From: Amphiscolops sp. MND2022 | Taxonomy: Eukaryota | Length of the DNA stretch: 64,000 nucleotides | Direction of reading: 5' to 3' | Assembly: GCA_964187785.1 (NCBI GenBank) | Contig: OZ076409.1 | Location: 30,938,001-31,002,000 of the forward strand | Part shown: positions 25,452 through 37,500 of the stretch, piece after piece | Layout: every line of letters starts with the position of its first letter | How positions within the stretch are numbered: position 1 is the first letter of the stretch | Notes under the pieces: model-generated | The model's input: the letters and a program-made list of their open reading frames with translations, nothing else | Database searches by the model: none | What the model was told of the DNA's origin: nothing | Program-made: the position numbers and the translations under genes

Positions 25452-26719
25452 TTCGAGAAAAAATTTTGGGGTCAGATTTTTTTGGCAAGTTCGGGACGGG
25501 AATGTTCCGTTCTTTCATCAACTGCTGCAATCATAGATTCGACATCAGATCCAGTAGGTCCCACAACAGGCCTGAATAGACGGTAATTTGTTGAAAAATT
25601 TTGTTCGTAGGTGCGGGTTTGGAAAAATGTACCCGGCTGCAGCAGACAAGATAGATACCCAAAATGGCATTTCTTCACAAGGAACCCCATAAAAAAGTAA
25701 CTTGAAGAGAGTTGTCACAATCAGTGTCAGAAGTATAAGCGCTTGGAGAAAACACAACTTCAGACCTCGGTAAAGTTGTCGATTTTCAGAATTTGCAGGA
25801 AGAACGTTCAGAATTGTCTTTTTCATACACTGAATTTTTAACGCAAATGGCGTCTGGGATGTTGAATGACTGATTTGTCATCTAGGAGAAAATTGATTGA
25901 GAAACCAAAACTAACTTGAAACTATATAAAACTATCAAGATGATTGAAAAATCAAACATTGAATTGACAACCATAGAAGTTTTCACATTGTTTGAATGCT
26001 ACTCGATATTGACCTTTCCAGATTCTACAGGGCAGGAAAAAGTCAATCTGTACAATGTCGTGTCGTGACTAAAGCTCATCCGCTACTTGCTTGGGAAGCA
26101 ACAGGTCGTCATTTCGAGAACAAATTTTGGGGTAAGATTTTTTTGGCAAGTTCAGGACGGGAGTGTTGCGTTCTTTCATTATCTGCTGCAATTATGACTT
26201 TTGATGATCCAAAGAACAATCATCAGAACCTATTCTATGTTTCAAATTGTGATTCTCAGTTTGGGTTAGAGTGACTACTGTTTTTCTCAATAATGTGTCT
26301 TCTCCCGCTTTCTTGTACTCTTCTTTAAAAAGTTTTTAACCACAATTATCTTTATCATGTGAAAGTGGTGTTACTGTCAGGTTCGGGGATAGAGTGAGTT
26401 GAAGGTTGTCTTCCACCATTTGTAACGGAACAATGAACGCAGAACTGATATCCACACAGGAGCCAGTAGTAGAACGAATTGTCCTTTCCCCTAGCACAAT
26501 GAATTTCCCGTGGCAATTTCACAATTTCCTGATCATTTGAAAATCAAAACAGGGAACAATCTCAGTCACCATTTTTTCCGACATCTTGAAAATTGGTTGA
26601 AACTCCTTGCAGAAATAGTACATTTTCCAAAACTTGGATAAAAAGTTCAGGACGACATTGAGAAAATCAACCTAGCTTTCCCACATCCAGTAGGTCCCAC
26701 AACAGAGCTGATTAGACGG

Positions 26720-26962
26720 TCATTTGTTGAAAAATTTTGTTCGTAGGTGCGGGTTTGGAAAAATGTACCCGGCTGCAGCAGACAAGATAGATACCCAAAA
26801 TGGCATTTCTTCACAAGGAACCCCATAAAAAAGTAACTTGAAGAGAGTTGTCACAATCAGTGTCAGAAGTATAAGCGCTTGGAGAAAACACAACTTCAGA
26901 CCTCGGTAAAGTTGTCGATTTTCAGAATTTGCAGGAAGAACGTTCAGAATTGTCTTTTTCAT
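26720..26962 (-). pseudogene. Small Polinton membrane protein (two hydrophobic helices), open in this copy
   Basis: LCFLQALILLTLIVTTLFKLLF...FWVSILSAAAGYIFPNPHL resembles the recalled small Polinton/adintovirus TM protein motif W.SLLS...GY.LPNP. An essentially identical copy lies at 25545-25826. Confidence 0.55.
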
Positions 26963-28559
26963 ACACTGAATTTTTAACGCAAATGGCGTCTGGGATGTTG
27001 AATGACTGATTTGTCATCTAGGAGAAAATTGATTGAGAAACCAAAACTAACTTGAAACTATCTAAAACTATCAGGATGATTGAAAAATCAAATATTGAAT
27101 TGACAACCACAGAAGTTTTAACATTGTTTGAGTGTTACTCGATATTGATCTTTCCAGATTCTACAGGGCAGGAAAAAGTCAATCTGTTCAATGTCGTGTC
27201 GTGAATAAAGCTCATCCGCTACTTGCTTGGGAAGCAACGGGTCGTCAATTGGAGAACAAATTTTGGGGTCAGATTTATTTCGCAAGTTTAGGACGGGATT
27301 GTGGCGTTCTTTCATTAACTGCTGCAATCGTCGATTCGACTTTATGACTTTTGATGATCCAAAGAACAATCATCAGAACCTCTTCTGTTTCAAGTTGTGA
27401 TACTCAGTTTGGGTTATAGTAACTTTTGCTTTCCTCAATAATTTGTGTTCTCCCACTTCCTTGTACTCTTCTTTAAAAAGTTTTTAGCCGCAATCATCTT
27501 GAGCATGTGAAAGTGGATTTGCTGTTAGGTTCGTGGACAGGGTGAGTTGAAGGTTGTCTTCCACCATTTGTAGCGGATCAATGAACGCAGAACTGATTTC
27601 CACGCGAGAGCCAGTAGTAGAACGAAGTGTCCTTTCCACTGGCACAATGAATTTCCCCTGGCAATTTCACAATTCCTTGACCATTGGAAAATCAAGACAG
27701 GGAACAAACTCAGTCACCAACTTTTCCGACATCTTCTTGAAAATTGTTTGGAACTCCTTGCAGAAATAGTACATTTTTTAAGAATGGATAAAAAGTTTGG
27801 GACGACATTGAGAAAGTCAACTTAGTTTTCGCAGATCCAGTAGGTCCCACAACAGGCCTGAATAGACGGTCATTTGTTGAAAAATTTTGTTCGTAGGTGC
27901 GGGTTTGGAAAAATGTACCCGGCTGCAGCAGACAAGATAGATACCCAAAATGGCATTTCTTCACAACTTCAGACCTCGGTAAAGTTGTCGATTTTCAGAA
28001 TTTGCAGGAAGAACGTTCAGAATTGTCTTTTTCATACACTGAATTTTTAACGCAAATGGCGTCTGGGATGTTGAATGACTGATTTGTCATCTAGGAGAAA
28101 ATTGATTGAGAAACCAAAACTAACTTGAAACTATATAAAACTATCAAGATGATTGAAAAATCAAACATTGAATTGACAACCATAGAAGTTTTCACATTGT
28201 TTGAATGCTACTCGATATTGACCTTTCCAGATTCTACAGGGCAGGAAAAAGTCAATCTGTACAATGTCGTGTCGTGACTAAAGCTCATCCGCTACTTGCT
28301 TGGGAAGCAACAGGTCGTCATTTCGAGAACAAATTTTGGGGTAAGATTTTTTTTGGCAAGTTCAGGACGGGAGTGTTGCGTTCTTTCATTATCTGCTGCA
28401 ATTATGACTTTTGATGATCCAAAGAACAATCATCAGAACCTATTCTATGTTTCAAGTTGTGATTCTCAGTTTGGGTTAGAGTGACTACTGTTTTTCTCAA
28501 TAATGTGTCTTCTCCCGCTTTCTTGTACTCTTCTTTAAAAAGTTTTTAACCACAATTAT

Positions 28560-28960
28560 CTTTATCATGTGAAAGTGGTGTTACTGTCAGATTCGTGGAC
28601 AGGGTGAGTTGAAGGTTGTCTTCCACCATTTGTAGCGGAACAATGATCGCAGAACTGATTTCCACGCGAGAGCCAGTAGTAGAACCAATTAGACTTTCCC
28701 CTGGCACAATGAATTTCCCCTGTCATTTTCACAATTCCTTGACCAGTTGAAAATCAAGACAGGGAACAAACTCAATCACCAACTTTTTCGACACCTGGAA
28801 AATTGGTTGAAACTCCTTGAAGAAATAGTATCTTTTTTAAAACTTGGATAAAAAGTTTGGGACGACATTGAAAAAATCAACCTAGCTTTCCCACATCCAG
28901 TAGGTCCCACCGACTTGAATAGACAGTCGTTTGTGAAAATAATTTTGTTCGTAGGTGTTG
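28560..28960 (-). pseudogene. Polinton FtsK/A32-like packaging ATPase fragment (best-preserved copy; others near 26400-26740 and 27540-27890)
   Basis: Walker A NKIIFTNDCLFKSVGPTGCGKARLIFSM..TFYP; other copies read VVGPTGSAKT and VGPTGCGKA. A downstream EIVPCFDFQMIRKL*NC segment follows, and the Walker B region is deleted. Confidence 0.72.
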
Positions 28961-30224
28961 GTTTGGAAAAATGTACCCGGCTGCAGCAAACTAGATAGAT
29001 GCCCAAAATGATATTTCTTCACAAGGAACCCCATAAAAAGTAACGTGAAGAGAGTTGTCACAATCAGTATCAGAAGTATAAGCGCTTGGAAAAAAACACA
29101 ACTTCAGACCTCGGTAAAATTGTAGAATTACAGAATTTCCGGGAAGAATGTTCAGTATTGTCTTCTTCATACACTTAATTTTCAACGCAAATGGCGTGTT
29201 AACTGACTGATTTGCCATCTAGGAGAAAATTGATTGAGAAACCAAAACTAACTTGAAACTATATAAAACTATCAAGATGATTGAAAAATCAAACATTGAA
29301 TTGACAACCAAAGAAGTTTTCACATTGTTTGAATGTTACTCGATATTGACCTTTCCAGATTCTACAGGGCGAGAAAAAAGCAATCTCTACATAGTCGTGT
29401 CGTGAATAAAGCGCATCTGCTACTTGTTTCGCAAGCAACGGGTGGTCGCAACTAGCACGGACTGAAAAAAACTGACCAGATGCTAGGTTGAAATGCAAAA
29501 CCAGATAACTGACTGGTATTTGCTAACAATCAAGACAAAACTCCGAGCAGTTAGGTTCATCGTAGCGCTTTCAAAAAAACTGTTCGACCAATTCGATCTA
29601 GCCGCAACAAATTAGTAAAGTTTCAGGCAGAGAAAATTCCCTTCATACATTAACGGTCATGCAAATGGAGAAGCGACGAAACCACAAACCTAACTAGGAC
29701 TAGTGCAGCTATCAGTTGTATGAGACTTGAAGTATTGTAGGTGAGACATGAAGTCTCTTTTGAACCAGCATCAGTGAGTTTCGAAGGATGTGTTATTTGA
29801 ACAGCAGTAGATATCCAAAAAGTAGAGTCATTTCGAAATTAGCAACTGTGTGTTGCAATGGATCTTTTATGAATGGTACCACGAAAAACTTTTTCACACA
29901 GCTTGCCGCCATAATTTTTTTCACATTAACAAATTAGTACTTCTACATCTATTGGAAGATAACACGTGCCACCACTTAAACAGTCGGCTACACTCTCTGA
30001 CGGACAACTCAAGGTAGGTGATGTGATCAAGGGACGTTTAGTAGTTACGCTAGTTTCGTTAGGAAAAGCTTACTCAGAAGCAACTTGAAATACATCCATA
30101 AAGCATAACTTTAAACGAAAGTAGGAAACAGGTCCATAGAACAACAAGGAAAAAGTTTTGTTGGAAACGCATCCTTCTCCGATAGTCCAGGGTGTTTTTC
30201 TTTTGTAAGGCAAGTAATGAACAA

Positions 30225-30337
30225 GAAGCCCGCTAAACAACGTGATGTTTCCGCTAAAGTGTAGCTCATTAGAACGGGTTCGAACTCACGACCTCGTGTC
30301 TGCCAGGCAGACGCACTACCAACTGCGCCATGGTGAC
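30225..30337 (-). mobile_element. tRNA-derived SINE
   Basis: The minus strand reads GTCACCATGGCGCAGTTGGTAGTGCG...GAGTTCGAACCCG, with Pol III A and B boxes. There is no proper acceptor-stem 3' strand, and a non-tRNA tail follows. Confidence 0.7.
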
Positions 30338-31136
30338 TAGAATTTACTAAATGAGTAATAAAATGGAGATTTGGCAGGTTTTGTAAAAAAAAAAAAACGC
30401 AACACAGATTATGATGTTCCTCCCCCATTATATATGGGCGGAAAATAATAAGTTTAATGTGTGTGAGTGTTTTTCCGGATAGGGATTTATGGTTCACCAA
30501 TTCAGACAAAGTGTCAACAATGCACTACCACTTATAAAATAGGTCGAATGTTATGACATTTAAGAGATTCTACGCATAGGATTCTGTGTTGACACTATGT
30601 AAATGAAAGCCTAAAATGCAATATCATTTTTGGTTTGCCTTATGGGTCGCGGCGCAGTCTGCACAGACACGACGTCAACAAAAGTTTGCGATGTGCCGCG
30701 TCTTGTTGAAGCCGTGATATGAGCTTTTCTCAGCCTTAGCTAGACATCAATTTTATTGGGGTCGTAAAACTAGCAATAAATCAAGTATTCAGATTTTCCT
30801 TACCCTCGTTGTATACGTAACAAATCTATATTACTTGTATTGTTGTTTCATTTCCTTCACAACAGTTTCACTCAACATTTCTCTGTAAATTAGTTTAAAA
30901 AAGACTGGGTCTTTTGCCATTTTACTCTGAAATTTTCCGAAAAATTGTTCAATTTCAATCTGGGTAATTGTTGACTTGTTCAAGTTGAAATTATGGAATG
31001 GGTAGGTATCATGAAAATCGTTTCATTCAAAATTTTTTGTATCGCATTGGCATTTGAAAATATAAATTTGGTTTGAGAGTATTTGACTGTGAGAAAGTTC
31101 TGTCAATGGGAACTGACTTTATTCGTGTTTGTTTAG

Positions 31137-31283
31137 TTTTGTTCTGGACGGGTATCCTTTGACCCAAAAGCAGATCCATCTTCTCAATGAGCAGCACATT
31201 GTACCCCATAAAGTGATTCAACTGGAAATCTCAAACGACCAAGTGCTTGTCAGGGGAGCCAAAGACAGGCTTTCCACCGACAG
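31137..31283 (+). CDS. AK9: Adenylate kinase 9-like, internal exon 3 in window
   Basis: TTTAG acceptor at 31132-31136. Encodes FVLDGYPLTQKQIHLLNEQHIVPHKVIQLEISNDQVLVRGAKDRLSTD, the AK 'LDGYP' motif in frame with the previous exon. The donor GTTATC at 31284 is plausible but less certain. Confidence 0.83.
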
Positions 31284-32171
31284 GTTATCCTCACATCATT
31301 CGATGCCTTCAATCCTTGCAGAAAAGTAATGTTTTTTTAAAAATCTCTCGTAAGATGGAACGAACGAGTGGTAATTATGCATTCGCACGCTGACGTCATT
31401 GAGATGAAGCGAGCGAATGTTCGTGATTATGCTTCCGTGCGCCGAGTTATTGAGATGAAGCGAATGAGTGTTAATTATTCGTTCGCCGAGAGCTTCGCCT
31501 GCATTCAAATCCGAATGCGAAACTGCGTATTCGCTCAGTAATTATATTTTCTTTGGTCTGAGTAGAATTAAAGGCGGGGTAAGCTGATACAGCGATTAAT
31601 TGTGCGCTAATTAATGATTAAACAGGAGTGTATTGTTATTCCAGATATGATTCTATTATTGAAGAATATTATTATTCTAATGAAAGATTGAAGCAGAAAT
31701 AATAGTGTGCCCCGGAGGGGCCTATTTTCTTCAATCCTGTCAATTCCAGTTATAATCAGAGGTGAACCGGACTGCGAATTTTCCGTCCGGTCGTACAAGG
31801 CGATCTCATTTATATGAGACGAAACACCGTTTTCACGATTGGACAGACAACGTTAAACAGTTGCATCGCGCCATATCAAAATTTCTAAAACGACAATCTT
31901 ATAGCTCTCCTGCAAGAGTCCAAGACTCATAAATCACATTAGACTTAGTCTGAAACAATTTTCAATTAGAAACGTCGGCTAGTATTCCAGAAACGATTCA
32001 CTAGCAACTTCAAGTAATGTTATCGAATTAATTACCAGCAATTGCTTCAGCTGCGAATAAAATCGTAACAGACGAACTGTTTTGCTACTTGATGACAAAT
32101 TTAGCAAGTTTTTACCGCGAAAAATCTACGCGTTTTATTATGCTATTCCTGCAATAGCAGGAATAAATTGA

Positions 32172-32470
32172 AACAAGCCGGGAACGGCCCAAGTCGGCGC
32201 CATATCTAAGGCTCAAAAATAGCAAAAGGACTCCAAAGTGTCAAGTATTCTCTTCTACAGTACCCGCTTGAGGAAAAATTCCGAACTTTTTAATTTTTTT
32301 TCGATTTTTTTGGTTTCCGGTAAGTCGCATAGTGCCGAAACATGTAGAAGGGGGCACTCTGGGAGTCTTTGAACATCCATTTTTTGCAAAATAGACAACA
32401 AAATGACGGGTGGACCCTTTGGAGATATTTGCGGAAAAAAGTCTCACAAAGCCGAAAAAAAATTTGCACA
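32172..32470 (-). mobile_element. Second, truncated copy of the Helentron-like MITE family seen at 371-862
   Basis: AACAAGCCGGGAACGGCCCAAGTCGGCGCCATATCTAAGGCTCAAAA matches 371-417. It also shares the GGACCCTTTGG and GTCTCACA..GCCGAAAAAA blocks. Confidence 0.7.
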
Positions 32471-33199
32471 AAAAAATTTTGTAGATTGTAGATTGGAGGG
32501 GAAAAGATTGTATGTTACATAAAGTGGAGCTCTATAGTGATTTAACCGGTGGAAGGGAAAATTCTGTATATTTAATTTGCGAGCGGTGGACCTCTATAGC
32601 ACGTGAAATATGATGTCGGTCGACGGAAGCCGCACTTCGTTTTATACCTAATGTTAATTCATGGGAAAAGATAAATTGCTTAATATCTCAACAGCAAATC
32701 ATTTTAGAGGAAAAACATCAGAATCACAAGTTATACATAATTTAAAGTTACACAATATTTCTTCCTGAGGGTTTTTTATGCAATCAAGCCAAGTTTTTCC
32801 CAAATTTCTCGAAACAGTCATCCTACTAACCGAATCAGGCGATGAAAAACATAGACAACCTTAATACACGCATTTATTTGTTTCGACCTGTTTTCAGTAC
32901 TCGAACCCAATCAGCAATAGGAACTGAATCAGGTGTGAAAACAGCTTGGTTTTTCTTTATACTGGTTGGTCCTACATTGAAAAGTCAGGAGAACAAAATT
33001 GTAGATCTCCAGAATATGAACAACGTTTGACTCTGATTAAGTTTCATTCTTTGAACCCAAAGTTGGGAAACAGGTGTAAAATATTTTTTCACCAGTTTTT
33101 TGTTGAAAGTTTTTTTATTAAGTTCAATTTCCCTTTGATAAATAGATGGAGTGTTGTAGAATTTGCGGTTCTGATGTGAGAAAATCCTTCAAGCCTGTT

Positions 33200-34590
33200 C
33201 ATCTAAAATCAAGTTTTAAATCAATCTTATTGGAAAGATTGTAATTTATATACACCTCTATCAGATAAAAGTTCCCATATAAGTTCGGATGTACATCAGA
33301 AAAAACCCAAAGAAAAAAGAGTATATTGCGAAGGTTGTGACAAAAATATATCTGATAAAACAAGACATTACCAAAGTGAAAAACGCATTCCAAGACAAAG
33401 TAATCCGCTGAATCAACACCAACAAAGTAACCCGCTGATTGTTCAAGAAGTATTGATAATTCAAATAAGGTAATCAGCTAAATTTCAAAAATCGGTAATG
33501 GAAAACAACATATTTTTCACAAATGGGTAAAATCAGGTTTAAATTACAATCACACGGATCAAGATGATAAAAATGTTTTAATGCAAAACCTAGAGGATGA
33601 ACTATTGGAAGGATCAGTTTTTGATTTTCAATAAATTGAAGACATTATTTGAGAAATATATAAAGTCAAGGATATTCAAGCTTCTTCTTGGTTTGAGTTA
33701 TCAGAAAATTATTGAAACAGTAAATCAAATATAAATTTACAAAATAATGATCCCTTTTGTTTTTATGGTGTATATTAGTCTACAACTTTCCAGTTAACAA
33801 GAATAAACACAGAACATCATTTTAGTCAATTCATAAGCGTTTTTTTGTGTGTAGGAGATTTAGAATTCCCTATGAGAGGTAAAGATACACCGAAGTTTGA
33901 TTAACTTAACAATATGAAAACTATGATCAACCACAAATTGATTTGTTGTTGTATGAACATCACTTTTGTCTAACTTCAAAGTTGCGCACTCTCATGAATG
34001 AGAATTCCCACATGGAACAAGTATGTTGAAGATGTTTAACAGCATTTATAACTAATGAGGTTCTAAACAACCACATAGAAAGATGTATAAAACAACAACC
34101 AACTAATATTGGTTTAGTTATGTAGATAAATTTAAGTTTGAAGATCACTACATGACAATACCAGTACCAATAAGAGTATATGCACATTTTGAAGGTATTC
34201 ACCAACCTCAGGATAACCCCAAAAAGCTATTCTCACAACATCCGATTGCTGTTGGTTTTTTATTATATCACCATTCGGAAATTATTATTACTAATTTTGT
34301 GGAACAGATTGTGTAGAATGGTTAGTAGATACGATGTTTGAATAAGAATAAATTTCCACCAAGTTTTAAAATACAAATACACTACTGCAAATAACGCCTC
34401 TGGAAGAAAAACAATTCCAAGAAGCTTACGTGTGTTGGTTGTGTGAAAATTCATGTGATAAAGATAAAGTTCGAGCTCATGATCACCCAAGATGAAAATA
34501 CAGACGAACAGCTCATGAAGTGAAGTGTAATTTAATTTGCAAACAAACAAGTTTTGTTCCTTTTTTGACAACGTTTCTGGGTAGGTTGTC
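33200..34590 (+). pseudogene. Polinton protein-primed DNA polymerase B, N-terminal/exonuclease region; least-deleted copy
   Basis: Frameshifted reading IQASSWFELSENY..NDPFCFLWCI..QPQIDLLLYEHHFCL..HMEQVC*RCLTAF..PIRVYA.FE..PIAVGF..CWLCE..DKVR.HDH. This follows the recalled layout of invertebrate Polinton pPolB. Confidence 0.82.
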
Positions 34591-37500
34591 CCGACTGATG
34601 TTATATGAGAAATATATAAAGTCAAGGAAATTCAAGCTTTTTCTTGGATTGAGGTATCAGAAACTTATAAAAACAATAAATCGATTATAAATATACAAAA
34701 TGATCAATATGTTGAGTGTTATATTTGAAAACGTGGAAAGTTTTACACTCGATTATGGTATAGATAGTTTGTATTTTTACTCAGTACTATTGAAAGCTTT
34801 TATACACCCCAAAGAGATGTTGTTGTTGTTGGAGAATAACATCCGTGGTGGCGTGTCTAGTTTAATGGGTGTTAGGTCTGTTGAATCGGATGTTAATGAA
34901 AATATACAGTGCTAACTGGATAGTAACACTTGCTCTAATAACAATAACAACAATAATGTTTGCACAATAACAACTCTGAGTGGATGCACCAGCTGATAAA
35001 TATGTTATTATGCACTATCCTTTCAGAACAACATTGGCTGAACACGACTCAGCAATAGTCACGGAGAGAGTTGTTTTTGACAATTAGCACTGTATTGTCT
35101 ATCAACGAAAATAATCTATACGGATGGGCAATGAGTCAATATTTCCGTACTGGTGAATTCAAAAAATTCACCAGTCACGGAGATGGTTGTTTTTAGGCAA
35201 TTAGCACTGTATTGTTCATCCAGGAAAATAATCTAAACGGATGGGCAATGAGTCAATATCTCTCTACTGGTGAATTCAAAATATTATTCATCTCTAATAC
35301 TTATCCGAATGAGTATGTAGTAGAAGATTTATTAAAAATTCCAGACAACAACGAATTTGGATTCTTTATAGAAAGTAATTTGGAATATCCGGGCTATATC
35401 AAAGAAAGTACTCAAGACTTTCCTTCATGTCCTTATCAAGTTTAAACCGATAGTGAACGGTTCTCAGATTATCTGAAGCTTGTTAAGCAGCAGAAAAACA
35501 GACTCACCATAAAGTTATTGTGTGACCTAACAAACAGAAAAATATGGTCAAGAAGTAGTAATAATTGTGAATAAAAAACATGCAAAAATCCTATACTCTT
35601 CCCGACTGATGTTATATGAGAAAGATATAAAGTCAACGAAATTCAAGTTTTTTTATTGAGGTATGAGAAAGTTATAAAAACAATAAATCAATTACAAATA
35701 AACAAAATGATTCGTTCGTTTTTAAGAGTATATGCAGATTTGGAATGTAATAATCAGACTCAGTATAACCCCAAAGTGCTATTCTCACAACATCCGATTG
35801 CTGTTGGTTTTTTTATAATAGCACCATTCGGAAATCATTATTACTAATATTGTGGTACAGATTGCGTAAAATGGTTTGTTGATAGAATGTTAGAATTAGC
35901 AAAATTTTCCAGCGGGCATTTCAATACAAATACACCACTGCAAATAACTCCTCTGGAAGAAAAACAATTCCAAGAAACTAACGAGTGTTGGTTGTGTGAA
36001 AATTCATGTGAGAAAGATAAAGTTCGAAATCATGATCACCTAACAGGAAAATACAGACGAACAGCTCATGAAGTGTAATTTAACTTGCAAACAAACAAGT
36101 TTTGTTCATTTTTTGACAACTTTTCTGGGTATGGTTGTCATCAATTTTTTGAAGAACTCCTTACTGAATCTTACATTCGAAACTATGAACCAAACCCATT
36201 GCCAAAGTCAATGAAAAAATATGTATCAGTTCAGGCATGTTGTTTACGATTCCTTGATTCATATCTATTTCTTCCTTTTAGTTTAGAGAAACTAGTCAAA
36301 AGTATAAACAAGTTCCTGATTAAAGATTCACCTAACTTGAAAGATGAATTACTAAAAAACTAGCTGATCCTCTGAACACTTTAACTTCAATAAAAATAAT
36401 CAACCACTACACCATTACGAAAACAAAAACTAGCTGATCTTCATTAATACTTCAACTTTACTTGGTCAAGAAGTAGTAGTAATTGTAAATAAAAAACATA
36501 CAAAAATGTCAAACTCTTCCCGACCTATGTTAAATGAGAAATATATAAAGTCAACGAAATTCAAGTTTTTTTATTGAGGTATGAGAAAATTATAAAAACA
36601 ATAAATCATATACAAATAAACAAAATGATTCTTTCGTTTTTAAGAGTATATGCAGATTTGGAATGTAATAATCAGACTCAGTATAACCCCAAAGTGCTAT
36701 TCTCACAACATCCGATTGCTGTTGGTTTTTTATAATAGCACCATTCAGAAACCATTATAACTAATATTGTGGAACAGATTTTGTAAAATGGTTTGTTGAT
36801 AGAATGTCAGAATAAGCAAAATTTTCCAGCAAGTTTTTCACTACAAATAAACCACTGCAATCAACTCCTCTGGAAGAAAAATAATTCCAAGAACCTAACG
36901 TTTGTTGGTTGTGTGAAAATTCCTGTGATAAAGATAAAGTTCGAGATCATGATCATCTAACACGAAAATACAGAGAAGCAGCTAATGGAGTGAAATTTAA
37001 TTTGCAAACAAACAAGCTTTGTTCTTTTTTTAACAACCTTTCTGGGTATGGTTGTCCCGACTGATGTAACATGAGAAATAAATAAAGTCAATGAAATCCA
37101 AGCTTTTTCTTGGATTGAGGTATCAGAAACTTATAAAAACAATAAATCAATTATAAATATACAAAATGATCCCTTTTGTGTTTAAGAGTATATGCAGATT
37201 TTGAATGCATTAACCAACCTCAGATAACTCTAAAGTGCTATTCTCACATCATCCGATTGCTGTTGGTTTTTTATAATATCACCATTCGGAAATCCTAATT
37301 ACTATTATTGTGGAACAGATTGTGTAAAAAGATTTGTAGATACGATGTTTGAATAAGAATAAGTTTCCAGCAAGTTTTTCAATACAAATACACCACTGCA
37401 ATTAACTCCTGGAAAAAAAAACGATTCCAAGAAGCTAACTTGTGTTGGTTGTGTGAAAATTCATGTGGTTAAGATAAAGTTCGAGATCATGATCACCTAA

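Larger units (their letters stand above)
25430..29450. repeat. About four tandem ~1.1-kb copies of a Polinton segment (small membrane protein, packaging ATPase N-terminus, unknown opposite-strand ORF)
   Basis: The LLDIDLSRFYRAGK frame recurs at 25996, 27132, 28205 and ~29335. The MKKTILNVLP ORF ends at 25826 and 26962, with a deleted copy near 28.0 kb and a diverged copy near 29.2 kb. Confidence 0.9.
7002..31136 (+). other. 24,135-bp GT-AG intron of the AK9-like gene
   Basis: GG (7000-7001) plus T (31137) rebuilds Gly, giving CQTRG-FVLDGYP, the contiguous adenylate kinase motif. No intervening AK9-like exon was seen. Confidence 0.8.

Noticed and set aside
30274-30337. Functional tRNA gene
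   Set aside because: A and B boxes are present, but the anticodon arm is irregular, the acceptor stem does not close, and it continues into a SINE-like tail.
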